From: Candidatus Cloacimonadales bacterium | Lineage (GTDB): Bacteria; Cloacimonadota; Cloacimonadia; Cloacimonadales; JAFGVF01 | Reading direction: 5' to 3' | Assembly: GCA_963663475.2 (NCBI GenBank) | Contig: CAXXJV010000001.1 | Span: 1,952,001 to 2,016,000, forward strand | DNA: 64,000 nucleotides | Part shown: piece by piece, positions 1 through 10,616 of the stretch | How the letters are laid out: each line of letters opens with the position of its first letter | Position numbering within the stretch: the stretch's first letter is position 1 | Program-made: the position numbers and the translations under genes | The notes under the pieces: model-generated | Databases searched by the model: none | What the model was told of the DNA's origin: nothing | Seen by the model: only the letters and a program-made list of their open reading frames with translations

Positions 1-2321
1 TCTTAGTAAGTTATCAGATTGATGTTATAAATAATAATCCTCAAGAGATTAATCAAAACATTATTTATGAAGCCGAGGGGCTTTCTTCTTTTACTGGAGC
101 ATTAACAAGTGATGGTATAACTTACATGTGGTTACAAGCTGATGAAGATAAAATTTTCATCAAAATAAGTGAAACCATTCACGAGATAAACGGGCAAGTA
201 GCTTATTCAACTCAACCTGGATGGAAAGTTAAAGAATGTAAAATTCTTGAGTTAAATGGAGATAAAACTCTTTACTGTTTAGTTGGTAAGTATTATGAGT
301 CTTATAATGAAGGATTTTCAGACATTTATATCTATAATGAAGTGACAGAAAGTACTAGTGAAGTATTCACTAATCAAATTCTTATAGATGTTCAAAGAAT
401 CTCTGATAATGAGTTTTTATCTGTGACTATGAGTGATAGTCTTTATTTTACAAGATATGATGCAGTAGGCGATATTATTTCTTCAGTTAGCCAGGAACAC
501 TATTGTCATGGCTGGAGTCAAGATTGGATTTCTTATCAGCCTTATATCAAAAGTGTTGATTGTAGGCTTGAAAATGGGGAATATAAAATTGCTATTGGTT
601 TTATCGGTGTGAGCAGTGACATTGTTACTCCTTCTACAGATTATAATTCCAAATTAGGTATTTATAGCTACAATTTAGCAAATGATCAGACATCAGCTGT
701 TTTGGGTGACCTAGGGAATTTTACAGAAAATAGAATTTCACTTTATGTAAGTATGGGAGATACAAGAGCATCTCTATTGAATAAATGTTATCAAGATAAT
801 GATTCATCCTACAATCAATATTTTCTGGATTATAATCAAAATTCCCAAGTAAGTCATAATACTTATCAAATTGCATTAACTAGTATTTCATATTTAAGAG
901 AAATGAACTCTTTTATTTGGAATGGTAACAGTCGTGTAATAATGAAAGTAAATAATTCATTATTGGAAAATGAGATTAATGACATTGGAGAAATAATCAT
1001 GGAAAATTATCAAGAGACAAATTCTCCTATGTATATACTTGAAAATTTTTCAGAGAATAATTATGTACTTCTTTATGCCTATAACTATGATTATTTTGAT
1101 GACTTTGGAGTAACTGAAGTTACATACGATGTAAGAGCTAAGTTTTATAAAGACAACGGTAGCATTAGTATTGAAGATATGCCTTGTGAATCGAATTTGC
1201 AATCATATTTGGATATTGAAGACGGTGATGGTTTATGGATGACTCCTTTTTATTCTTCTAGTTTCCAAATTCGTAGAATAGAAAATGGAGTACTTCAAGA
1301 CCCAATAGATTCCTGGTTTGAGTATGGTAATATACTTATGGTGAAAAATAATTATCTAATCAAGAATGGCGATCATCAGTTTCTTATTACTAAAATTAAC
1401 GATTTCGGTTCTATAACTGAAGGCTGGACTCTTGATGGCTATAGCTTTACAGAAGAGTATGATATCAATATTAGAAATAAAGAGATTTTCAAATATCAAA
1501 ACAGACTAATATTCTCTTATTTAACAGGAGCAAATTATAAAATACTTGATGTTAATCCAGAGGATTTGGCCCAAACAACTAGCTATGTTTTTCCATGTAC
1601 TTATATTAATGAGAAGAATGATTTTATTATCGGGAATAAATTCTATAATATACATAATTATGATTCGCAGTTAACAATATCATGCTATGATATAGATAAC
1701 AATTTTGCAGAAGTATGGCAAGAATCAGTTGCAGAAAATGTTAGGGATTATGATATTAAAGTCGTAAATAATAGATTTGTTGTTGCTTATACTCAAGGTA
1801 CTGAAGGAAGCGAAAGAGTTTATCTCAGAACTATTAGTTTTTTGGGTAATAGTGATCAGTATGAAGAGGGCTATGCTTTACCTTTAAACTTAGATAGTCA
1901 GTACGATCCTACTATAAGTGTGCTTGATGATAACACTATCTTCGTTAACAGAATTGAGAATAATTCAGCTGATAATCCTGGTGTTTATTGTGATTTAATA
2001 GACCTTAGTTACTTTGTTCCAAATAGTTCTGAAGATGTGTCTCCTTTTACTTTCACAGCAACAAATTATCCAAATCCTTTTAATCCTGAGACTACTATTT
2101 CTTATAATCTTACTAAAGCTGGAGTTACTAAAGTTGAGGTCTTTAATTTGAAAGGTCAGTTAGTAAAGACTTTAGTTAATGAGGTACAGTCTGCTGGGAA
2201 TCAAAAGGTTATTTGGAGAGGTAATAATGAGCAAGATAAACAGGTAAGCTCAGGAATTTATCTGTATAAAATTAAAAGTACAGGTGGTGTTATAAGTGGG
2301 AAGATGGTGTTGATGAAATAG
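1..2321 (+). CDS. Large secreted protein with C-terminal FlgD-Ig/T9SS-type sorting domain, 5'-partial (copy 1)
   Basis: The frame is open from base 3 and is near-identical to 13126-15446. It ends in NYPNPFNPETTISY...VSSGIYLYKI...KMVLMK. The ATG at 126 is internal. Confidence 0.9.
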   Translation, partial: LVSYQIDVINNNPQEINQNIIYEAEGLSSFTGALTSDGITYMWLQADEDKIFIKISETIHEINGQVAYSTQPGWKVKECKILELNGDKTLYCLVGKYYESYNEGFSDIYIYNEVTESTSEVFTNQILIDVQRISDNEFLSVTMSDSLYFTRYDAVGDIISSVSQEHYCHGWSQDWISYQPYIKSVDCRLENGEYKIAIGFIGVSSDIVTPSTDYNSKLGIYSYNLANDQTSAVLGDLGNFTENRISLYVSMGDTRASLLNKCYQDNDSSYNQYFLDYNQNSQVSHNTYQIALTSISYLREMNSFIWNGNSRVIMKVNNSLLENEINDIGEIIMENYQETNSPMYILENFSENNYVLLYAYNYDYFDDFGVTEVTYDVRAKFYKDNGSISIEDMPCESNLQSYLDIEDGDGLWMTPFYSSSFQIRRIENGVLQDPIDSWFEYGNILMVKNNYLIKNGDHQFLITKINDFGSITEGWTLDGYSFTEEYDINIRNKEIFKYQNRLIFSYLTGANYKILDVNPEDLAQTTSYVFPCTYINEKNDFIIGNKFYNIHNYDSQLTISCYDIDNNFAEVWQESVAENVRDYDIKVVNNRFVVAYTQGTEGSERVYLRTISFLGNSDQYEEGYALPLNLDSQYDPTISVLDDNTIFVNRIENNSADNPGVYCDLIDLSYFVPNSSEDVSPFTFTATNYPNPFNPETTISYNLTKAGVTKVEVFNLKGQLVKTLVNEVQSAGNQKVIWRGNNEQDKQVSSGIYLYKIKSTGGVISGKMVLMK

Positions 2322-2483
2322 GGTCTTGCTTTGCAAGAATTAAAAATGAAAAATAAAAGTGGAATAATAAATTCCCTGGATTTGATAGATTCTCTTTTTT
2401 TATTTAAAAATAAATCTATTTTGCAGATAAGAGACAAGAGGTTATATGGATTATTTAAAATATATTTTTCTTTTAAACAAAGA

Positions 2484-2507
2484 GGGTGTATGGCAATACA
2501 CCCCTAC
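2484..2507 (-). repeat. GTAG-type REP hairpin upstream of RAYT (also 15609-15632 and 28698-28721)
   Basis: Reverse complement reads GTAG-GGGTGTAT-TGCC-ATACACCC: GTAG followed by an 8-bp stem. Confidence 0.85.
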
Positions 2508-2559
2508 AATACCCGGTTTTAGATACGTAATATATCTGTAATAATAAAATGTATTATAT

Positions 2560-3189
2560 ATGAGAAATCACAAATACAATCCAGAAATCCATAATCGTCG
2601 TTCTATCAGACTGAAGAAATATGATTATTCCCAGCCTGGACTCTATTTTATTACCCTTTGCACCAAAAACAGAGAATTTCTCTTTGGTGAAATCAATAAT
2701 GAAAAAATGTTGCTGAATGATGCAGGGATTATTGTTATGCAAGAATGGGAGAAAACGCAACAAATAAGAAAAAATATTAAATTAGGTGAATATGTGATAA
2801 TGCCTAATCATTTTCATGCAATCATACAAATAGAATATCAAATCATGACATCTTCTTCTGAAAATAACAAGAAATTCCAATCACCAACCCAAACCATCGG
2901 TGCAATTATGCGAGGATTTAAAGGTTCAACAACATTAAAAATAAATAAAAACCTACCAGCCCGTAATCATGGTAGGGGCGTATTGCCATACGCCAGAAAT
3001 AATAATAATTCAGTCTGGCAAAGAAATTATTGGGAACACATCATCAGAACAGAAATCGAATATACCAAAATCACCGAATATATTATTAACAATCCTCTGT
3101 GTTGGGATAATGATATATTAAATGGGGGAGATGGGAATGTTGTCTTAGAATCTGAAACAGGTTATAATCAGGAAATCTGGATGATTTAG
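2560..3189 (+). CDS. rayT: REP-associated tyrosine transposase (RAYT, Y1/HUH), copy 1
   Basis: RRSIRL..YDYS..G.YFIT start, HUH motif MPNHFH, WQRNYWEHIIR, catalytic YI..NP; flanked by GTAG REPs. Confidence 0.9.
   Translation: MRNHKYNPEIHNRRSIRLKKYDYSQPGLYFITLCTKNREFLFGEINNEKMLLNDAGIIVMQEWEKTQQIRKNIKLGEYVIMPNHFHAIIQIEYQIMTSSSENNKKFQSPTQTIGAIMRGFKGSTTLKINKNLPARNHGRGVLPYARNNNNSVWQRNYWEHIIRTEIEYTKITEYIINNPLCWDNDILNGGDGNVVLESETGYNQEIWMI
2972..2995 (+). repeat. REP hairpin inside the RAYT coding sequence (also 16097-16120, 29186-29209, partial 6373-6389)
   Basis: GTAG-GGGCGTAT-TGCC-ATACGCC(C), translated as GRGVLPYA. It shows a compensatory C-G versus T-A pair relative to the upstream REP. Confidence 0.85.
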
Positions 3190-3191
3190 TT

Positions 3192-3215
3192 GTAGGAGCG
3201 AAACATCTTTCGCCC
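3192..3215 (+). repeat. REP hairpin just after the RAYT stop (also 6586-6609, 16317-16340, 29406-29429, degenerate 9637-9660)
   Basis: GTAG-G(G/A)GCGAAA-CATC-TTTCGCCC, starting 3 nt after each RAYT stop codon. Confidence 0.85.
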
Positions 3216-3477
3216 AGAAAGATTATTTTATTATAATTATCAAATATGTTATTGACATATATTAATTAATAAATATTAATTGTAATTTATAATATTTAGT
3301 AATATTATGTAAAATATTATTATAATTATTGCTTTAATAATTAAATATCCAGAGGTAGTTTTTATGAAATTACGATTTCACAATGAGAGGAAGAAAATTA
3401 TACTTGATCCTTCTAGATCAGCGATAAGTTACTGTAAAATTGTATTTAAAATTTAAACAAGGAGAAAATATTACGTA

Positions 3478-3657
3478 AAATTCTTAGCATCATTGAATAA
3501 CGACGAATATGCCGCACTGAGTAAAAAATTATGGGGAATTCAACAACATAAGTGTTTCATTTGTGAAGAAGATATTGATTTAGAACTTAATAAAACAGAT
3601 ATAGATCACATAGAACCATTAGCAAAAAAAGGACTAGCTACAGAGAAACTTGCTTAA
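3478..3657 (+). pseudogene. HNH endonuclease N-terminal remnant
   Basis: Translates KFLASLNNDEYAALSKKLWGIQQHKCFICEEDIDLELNKTDIDHIEPLAKKG then stops. It has CxxC and DHxxP motifs, an AAGGAG upstream, and no intact start codon. Confidence 0.65.
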
Positions 3658-4108
3658 TCAGTGAAGATGTATCTATTTCTGTATTGGTTATGTTAGTTAG
3701 TGATATTCCAGATCTTATAGTAGCAAAGGATTTATTCTCCATACTACTTAGTCCGACATCATTTATCTTACAAACTCCTATTTATATGTTTAAAATCCTC
3801 CACCTCGATGTTATAACTATTCTCACTTTGATGAATAGAAAGTAATGATATTCCATGGTTATAAAGTTGTAAAAACATCATACAGATATTTAGGATAATT
3901 TTACTATAAGTTAAAAAGAAATCAAAGCTGATGTTGTTCTTTTCAGATTCTATATTTTAAACTAGTGTGAAATTTTCAGAATAGTAAATATTAACCTCAA
4001 ATTAGATATAATTGATTATAAAAAAAGTGACAGTAGGAATGTATATTAGCTAAAATAAACTAAATTAAAACTTTTATGTAATATTATAGTAATATCACAT
4101 AATAAATC

Positions 4109-4139
4109 TTGACAAAAAAATAAATAAGTAATATATAGT
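4109..4139 (+). promoter_or_regulatory. Putative sigma70 promoter for the lipoprotein operon
   Basis: TTGACA at 4109, TATATA/TATAGT 17-19 nt later, and an AAGGAG RBS before ATG 4170. Confidence 0.45.
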
Positions 4140-4169
4140 ATATTGTAACTAAATTAAAAGGAGAAAATT

Positions 4170-5051
4170 ATGTTTTTTAAACGTATAATCCCAATTTTAG
4201 GGATATTACTAGTAATCGCAGGTTGTAACCAAGATATAGTAGGGGGGCATTCTACTAAAAACAGAGAAGTAAGAGCTTTTGATGAAAGTAATGTAGGTTA
4301 TGCCTACAATATTCACGAAGAAAATGTCAAGTCTATTTGTACTTGTCCTGAAGTAACAGCAATGATCAAGTCAAAAAAGAGCAATGGTGAAACTGAATTA
4401 AATGAAAAAGATTTTAATGTAATAATTGATGCAGCTAAGCAAATGCCATACTATGATTCAACTTTACAAATGGGAATCTTATCAATGATGGATTTCACAA
4501 AAAGCACACTATTCAATGAAAATAATGGACAATATTCCATGAAATCATTTGAACAAATTAATGATGACTTGAATACCTTGATTGTATCAAATGATAATAT
4601 CAATAAAATGTGGCAAATAGAATTAAAGGCTAGAGCTAACTTTTACGTTAACACTGAGAAGTATAGTCCAGAAAAAGCCATTGTTATGTTTTATAAAGAA
4701 ATTAGTGTAATAAAGTATTTAAATTTCAATAATAACTATGAAGTATCTGCTGCTGAAAACTATTTTGGTGTGGCAAAAAACTCTTTAGATATATGGGAAA
4801 AATACCAGACTTGCTGGGGGACGTTTAATCCAACAATCCCTTTGTTAGCTTGGAGCACAGGAAGAGCTGATGCTGTAGGAGCTTTAACAGGGACATATGT
4901 AGGTGGTTTGATTGGAGGAGCGGTTGGAACAATAGTTTTACCTGGTGGAGGTACTGTAGCAGGCGGTGGGGTTGGAATTGGAGCAGGTGGAACTTTAGGA
5001 TGCGTGTTATTCTCTAGTGTATATAAAATTGCCCAGTTAGCTAAATATTAA
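4170..5051 (+). CDS. Lipoprotein with C-terminal glycine-zipper (bacteriocin-like) tail
   Basis: Lipobox VIAGC. The C-terminal ~60 aa are hydrophobic and GxxxG-rich (ADAVGALTGTYVGGLIGGAVG...GGVGIGAGG). Confidence 0.8.
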   Translation: MFFKRIIPILGILLVIAGCNQDIVGGHSTKNREVRAFDESNVGYAYNIHEENVKSICTCPEVTAMIKSKKSNGETELNEKDFNVIIDAAKQMPYYDSTLQMGILSMMDFTKSTLFNENNGQYSMKSFEQINDDLNTLIVSNDNINKMWQIELKARANFYVNTEKYSPEKAIVMFYKEISVIKYLNFNNNYEVSAAENYFGVAKNSLDIWEKYQTCWGTFNPTIPLLAWSTGRADAVGALTGTYVGGLIGGAVGTIVLPGGGTVAGGGVGIGAGGTLGCVLFSSVYKIAQLAKY

Positions 5052-5064
5052 TAGAGGAATAATA

Positions 5065-5907
5065 ATGAAATTTCAAATTATAATAATCCAAATATTTATT
5101 GTCAGTTTAATATTAAGTGGATGTTCTAAAAGTCAAGATGATACTAATACCAAAATAGTAAATCCTAAAGGAGGGTACAGTTGCTCTCAAGATAATATAT
5201 TTAAATATGACAATATACATACTGAATTTGTTGAAGATGCTTGTCTAGATGACGAAGTAGTAAAAGTTATGGCTGATGCTGATAGAGAGGGTATTTTGTT
5301 GGAAAATTACTTATCTGTTGAAGAAATAATTAAACAGAAATATTACAAGATGTTTGATCTAGATGAGATTTACCTGACTGATGAACTATTTAACAACTCA
5401 GTATCAATAAACTTAAATATTTCGAATGGATACGTTCATAAATTTAATGTGCTACAGATTAGAGACTGTATAGCTAGTAGAAGAACTAATATAAAAGAAC
5501 TAGATGAACTAATTGATAAGTTTGTCCTATATACTGACGAATTTATAAAGGAATATCCTATAAATAGCGATTTAGCCACTAATAACTTCTATAATAAAAT
5601 TCTCTTACTACAGAAAAAGGAATATGAAACTCAAGAAGGATGCTTCTTTGCTGAAGTTCTTGTTGGTACTGTTAAAAGTTCGTATAGATTTAGATCCTCC
5701 TATAGTGACTATTGGGGATATTGTACTCCTTCGCTTGCCGCTGGAGACTGGGGTTTTTGGGGAGACGTAGCTGGAATTGTTCTTGGGGCCGGTATTGGAG
5801 GTGCTTCAGGTGGAATTGTTGGAGCATTAGTCGGAATTTCTAAGCTTGGTCCTTTACTCTCAACAGTTAGTGCAGGCATTGGAGCTATTGTAACAGAAGA
5901 ATTTTAA
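5065..5907 (+). CDS. Paralogous lipoprotein with C-terminal glycine-zipper tail
   Basis: Lipobox ILSGC. It shares FY..I...E...G..K.S...Y...WG with the upstream gene and has the tail GDVAGIVLGAGIGGASGGIVGALVG. Confidence 0.8.
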   Translation: MKFQIIIIQIFIVSLILSGCSKSQDDTNTKIVNPKGGYSCSQDNIFKYDNIHTEFVEDACLDDEVVKVMADADREGILLENYLSVEEIIKQKYYKMFDLDEIYLTDELFNNSVSINLNISNGYVHKFNVLQIRDCIASRRTNIKELDELIDKFVLYTDEFIKEYPINSDLATNNFYNKILLLQKKEYETQEGCFFAEVLVGTVKSSYRFRSSYSDYWGYCTPSLAAGDWGFWGDVAGIVLGAGIGGASGGIVGALVGISKLGPLLSTVSAGIGAIVTEEF

Positions 5908-5908
5908 T

Positions 5909-6274
5909 ATGAAAAACTTCTTTAAGTACCTAATTCACTTTATTTTTCAAATACTTGTTGTCTTATTAATATGGCATAAGCAATATAGTGATATTGGAGA
6001 TATGTTGAATGCTCTTTTTTATTTTCCATTATATGCATACCCTTTATCATTAACGATTGGTAGATGGTCTGACTTTAAAATAATGAATAAAAGATATTAT
6101 GACAAATATCTACTTAGGGATATATCATTGAATTTTATCCTTGGAGGTCTATATTTACCAATACACTTTTTAATAAGTAATGAATTTTTTATTATATATT
6201 TCATTTTAGTATTGGTTTTTAAAAATATTTTGGATATAAGAAATGTAAGAACATTAATCAGAGTAGATGAATAA
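5909..6274 (+). CDS. Small multi-pass membrane protein, candidate immunity protein
   Basis: 121 aa with about four hydrophobic segments; only 1 nt separates it from the previous stop. Confidence 0.7.
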   Translation: MKNFFKYLIHFIFQILVVLLIWHKQYSDIGDMLNALFYFPLYAYPLSLTIGRWSDFKIMNKRYYDKYLLRDISLNFILGGLYLPIHFLISNEFFIIYFILVLVFKNILDIRNVRTLIRVDE

Positions 6275-6372
6275 CTAGATTGTTAGGTAATGGGATAATC
6301 ATTACCTAACTTTTTTTTGATATTCTATTATGATAAAAGTATTTATCAAATTATTTTTTCAAGTATTTTGGT

Positions 6373-6583
6373 CGTATTGCCATACGCCCAAAATAATAAT
6401 AATTCAGTCTGGCAAAGAAATTATTGGGAACATATCATCAGAACAGAAATAGAATATACCAAAATCTCCCAATATATAATTAACAATCCTCTGTGTTGGG
6501 ATAATGATAAATTAAATGGGGGAGATGGGAATGTGGTTTTAGAAGATGAAATAGAGTATAAATTAGAAATATGGATGGTATGA
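6373..6583 (+). pseudogene. rayT: 3' fragment of RAYT (copy 2), beginning within the internal REP
   Basis: Identity to the other RAYT copies starts at cgtattgccatacgccc (6373). The HUH motif is missing. Confidence 0.85.
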
Positions 6584-6636
6584 TTGTAGGGGCGAAACAT
6601 CTTTCGCCCAGAAAGGAAATATTGCAGTCATTTGGG

Positions 6637-8541
6637 GTGCGTCACGAGGTGGTGTGCCGTCAACTGGTGAAAATCCAGTCTGGTTAATTTTCTGTTCAAC
6701 CAGAAGTGAAAAAGACAGGCTTGTTCAGTAATGGCAAGTCTGAAGCTCTTTGAATCGGTAAGTAAGCCGTAGCGAAAGCGAACAGGTAGCTTCGTTAGAT
6801 AATTGTAATCGGTCAATCTTTCCCAATGGATGAAACCTGCTATTTGATAGGAAGTAACAGAAATATGCACTATCAAAGATTACTGGAGTTATAACTGATG
6901 GCGTGCTTATAAATGATTGCACACTAAACGTGAGAGAGCCTATTTAATAAGAGATGACAACTCTAAATGGATTTCTATAAGACGGAGTCGAAGTGAAATT
7001 CAGTTATTTAGGCAGTCGGAGATGCCCATAGTAGTGATGATATTTGAGACAACATAACTCAAAAGTAGCGAAGGGGCATTACTTCAAAGAAATTTACAAG
7101 ATAAGGAGAAAGTTGTGATTGATGAAAATCTAACAAACAAACGAAAAGCTGATTTATCAGCAGAGGAAAGAGTTCGAATTTTTCAACGTAAATTATATTC
7201 TAAAGCCAAACAAGAAAAGGATTTTCGTTTTTATGTACTGTATGATAAGTTAACAGTGGGATATTTTCTAAGTGAAGCTTGGAGAAGGGTAAAGTTAAAT
7301 AATGGGATTGCTGGATATGATAAAAAGAGTTTTTCTTATATTGAAGAATGTGGAATAACAGACTTTCTTTTTGAGATTCAACAAGAACTAAAAGACGAAA
7401 CTTATAAACCATCTCCAATACTACGAGTATATATTCCTAAAGCAAATGGTAAAATGAGGCCATTAGGTATTCCGACCATAAAAGATAGAGTAGTTCAAAT
7501 GTGTTGCAAGCTAATAATTGAACCAATCTTTGAAGCAGATTTTGAGGATTGTTCACATGGTTTCAGACCAAAGCGTTCAGCCCATGGAGCTATTAAAGAA
7601 ATAAAGTCTAACCTTAAAGCTGGAAAAACAGAAGTATATGATGCAGATTTGTCTGGTTACTTCGATAATATTCCACATGATAAACTAATGTATCTTGTGG
7701 AAAGAAGAATAACAGATAAAAGGATATTAAAGCTAATTAGAATGTGGCTAAAAACACCATATTTTGAGAAGAACAAATTGCACAAGAGTAAAAAGGGAAC
7801 ACCTCAAGGAGGCGTTATTTCCCCTTTACTGGCAAATATATACTTAAATCTTGTTGATAAAGCTATCAATAGGGAAGATGGATTTTTTCGCTAAAAGAGG
7901 CATAAAAATAGTACGTTATGCTGATGACTTTATCTTAATGGGAAAGCAAATACCCCAAGAGTGCTTATCGTATTTGCACAGAATGCTGGAAAGAATGGAG
8001 TTAACTGTTAATCTAGAAAAAACGAAACACCTGAATGCAACAAAACTATCTTTTGACTTTTTAGGTTTTACTTTTAGGTTTGATAAATCATTTTACAACT
8101 CGTATGGTTATTACTGGAATGTGATTCCAAGTAAAAAGAGTGTCAAAAAGTTTAAGGCAAATATTAAGAATTGTCTTATGAATAATGGACATTCATCAAA
8201 CTATACGATAGTAAAGAAGCTCAATCCAATATTAAGAGGTTGGACTAACTATTTTACAATACCTAAAGTAAGCTACCCTGCAAAGGCTAAAGATAGTGTT
8301 AATTCTTATCTCTTTTTTAGTCTAAAGAGGTATTATAAGCGCAAGAGTCAAAGGAGCTGTAAGCTTTATCGTCAAAATGCTCATGATAAGTTAATTAAAC
8401 ATTATGGTTTATATAACTTAGCATACAGGTCCTCTTGACAAACTTGTGAATGCTTAGAATGAACTTTGTCGGTAAGCCGTGTGCGGGAAAACCGCATGCA
8501 CGGTTTGAAGAGGGGGGCAGGGAATCCTGCCTCTACTCTAC
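6637..8541 (+). mobile_element. Group II intron (IIB-like domain V; intron-encoded protein without En domain)
   Basis: 5' end GTGCG at 6637, domain V AAGCCGTGTGCGGGAAAACCGCATGCACGGTTT at 8474-8506, and domain VI hairpin ending ...CTCTACTCTAC at 8541. Confidence 0.9.
7115..8438 (+). pseudogene. ltrA: Group II intron reverse transcriptase/maturase, frameshifted
   Basis: RPLGIPTIKDR, HGFRP and GTPQGGVISPLLANIYL lie in ORF 7115-7894. YADD and domain X (LNPILRGWTNYF) lie in ORF 7851-8438. Removing one T from the T6 run at 7883-7888 joins them. Confidence 0.88.
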
Positions 8542-8698
8542 TTCATTATCTTATCATTCCTTCCTCTTCCCCTCCTCCTTAATACTCATCTTAATTAAAA
8601 ATCGAATAATATTTAGGATGAGTGAGAAGGAGCATGGGAAGACAAAACAAAGAGGATAAAACATAATCCCGAATGGTGCAGTAGAGCTTTACAGAAGA

Positions 8699-9568
8699 GT
8701 GCAGATTCTTAGTGTTATCGAGAGCCAAGCTATCTATGCATACCAAAATAGACTAATCTTCTCTTATATCACTAATGATACATTCAAAGTGTTTGATATT
8801 GATCCTCAAGATTTATCCCAAACTGCAACTTATTCCTTTCCTTCTCAGCGTGGTGTTGCTCAACAAGATTTTATTATCGGGAATAAATTCTATAATATAC
8901 ATAATTATGATTCGCAGATAACAATATCATGCTATGATATAGATAACAATTTTGCAGAAGTATGGCAAGAATCAGTTGCAGAAAATGTTAGGGATTATGA
9001 TATTAAAGTCGTAAATAATAGATTTGTTGTTGCTTATACTCAAGGTACTGAAGGAAGCGAAAGAGTTTATCTCAGAACTATTAGTTTTTTGGGTAATAGT
9101 GATCAGTATGAAGAGGGCTATGCTTTACCTTTAAACTTAGATAGTCAGTACGATCCTACTATAAGTGTGCTTGATGATAACACTATCTTCGTTAACAGAA
9201 TTGAGAATAATTCAGCTGATAATCCTGGTGTTTATTGTGATTTAATAGACCTTAGTTACTTTGTTCCAAATAACACTGAAAATGTGTCACCTCTTACTTT
9301 CACAGCAACAAATTATCCAAATCCTTTTAACCCTGAGACTACTATTTCTTATAATCTTACTAAAGCTGGAGTTACTAAAGTTGAGGTCTTTAATTTGAAA
9401 GGTCAGTTAGTAAAGACTTTAGTTAATGAAGTACAAGCTCAAGGTAATCAAAAGGTAATTTGGAAAGGCAATAATAATCAAGATAAACAGGTAAGCTCAG
9501 GAATTTATCTGTATAAAATTAAAAGTACAGGTGGTGTTATAAGTGGGAAGATGGTGTTGATGAAATAG
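8699..9568 (+). pseudogene. 5'-truncated mosaic copy of the large secreted-protein gene (copy 2)
   Basis: No signal peptide. 8699-~8867 is a diverged paralogous segment, and the rest matches the 3' part of 12633-15446. A MITE end at ~8667-8708 precedes it. Confidence 0.8.
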
Positions 9569-9657
9569 GGTCTTGCTTTGCAAGAATTAAAAATGAAAAA
9601 TAGAAGAGTAAAACTTTCAGGCGAATTTACACGAATGTAGGGGAGATAGATTTTTTG

Positions 9658-9817
9658 CCCTTCTATAAAACAAGATAAATACATCTTTCGTCGGACGGTG
9701 GACATTCTGTCTGCCATTCTCTTAAACTCCCCGCTTTAGTACTGAAGGTAGGTTTAAAGAGGGGTGTGGCTTGGTATTTCCAAGACAGGGTGTTTTGTGA
9801 GTCAAGCAGGGATTAAT
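9658..9817. repeat. 160-bp direct repeat flanking IS21 (second copy 12187-12344)
   Basis: cccttctataaaac...gcagggattaat occurs on both sides of the IS. The copies differ by a 2-bp indel and one substitution. Confidence 0.9.
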
Positions 9818-9887
9818 TGTCAATAGCAGTTTAAATTGGTACAGTTTTGGCAGTTTAAAATGGTACACTATTGTAAATCATATTTCC

Positions 9888-10616
9888 TTATAGTTTTCCT
9901 TTCATTCTATAACTATTTCCATCTATTAGAACTGTTTCTGCATGATGAACTAATCTATCTACTATAGCAGTAGTTATTACATTATCTCCAAAGGATTCTC
10001 CCCACTCTTGGAATAGCCTATTAGAGGTAATGATAATAGACCTATATTCATATAACTCATTTATTAGCTTAAAAAATAAACTCGCATTTACTGCCTTAAT
10101 AGGAAGATAGCCTATCTCATCAATAATAATAAGATCATTTTTTACTAACTTTGAAATCCATTTTTTGAAGTTATTTTCTACATTAGCAATAATCATTTCA
10201 TCAATTAGGTCATTCATATTGTAAAAAATAACTTTATATCCTTTTAAGATAGCTTCATATCCTAAAGCTATAGATATATGAGTTTTACCTACACCAGGAG
10301 GACCCATTAATATTTTGTTTTCTCTGTTATCTATCCAAGTAAAGTCCTTCCACTCAGTAATCATTCTTTTAGTTATTGAATGCTGATATTTAAAATCAAA
10401 ATCATCAAAACTTTTCAAAAGAGGAAATTTTGACCTTCTAATCTGTAAATTTATCATCGTTTGATTTCTACTATTGCATTCATTATCAATTACATATGAA
10501 AGAAAATTCATATAAGATAACTGATTATCTTGTGCATATTTAAGATATGATTCTAAATTATTAATAGTATGCCTGCATCTTAGTCTAAATAGATTTTTCT
10601 TTAATGTTTCGATCAT
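9888..10616 (-). CDS. istB: IS21 helper ATPase
   Basis: Walker A GPPGVGKT, Walker B IIIDEIGY, TSNR, DRLVHH, GNSYR. Confidence 0.95.
   Translation of the reverse strand: MIETLKKNLFRLRCRHTINNLESYLKYAQDNQLSYMNFLSYVIDNECNSRNQTMINLQIRRSKFPLLKSFDDFDFKYQHSITKRMITEWKDFTWIDNRENKILMGPPGVGKTHISIALGYEAILKGYKVIFYNMNDLIDEMIIANVENNFKKWISKLVKNDLIIIDEIGYLPIKAVNASLFFKLINELYEYRSIIITSNRLFQEWGESFGDNVITTAIVDRLVHHAETVLIDGNSYRMKGKL

Noticed and set aside
2331-2763. Short ORFs 2331-2522 and 2554-2763 and their repeats near 15456, 15679 and 28768
   Set aside because: They are translations of the REP-containing spacer or antisense shadows of RAYT, and recur only because the DNA is duplicated.
7115-8438. Reverse transcriptase as a DGR, retron or defence RT
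   Set aside because: It lies inside clear group II intron ends with domains V and VI and has a maturase X domain. The differences between nearby gene copies are not adenine-specific.
8450-8659. 69-aa ORF (GKPCAGKPHARFEEGG)
   Set aside because: This is a translation of intron domains V and VI, not a protein.
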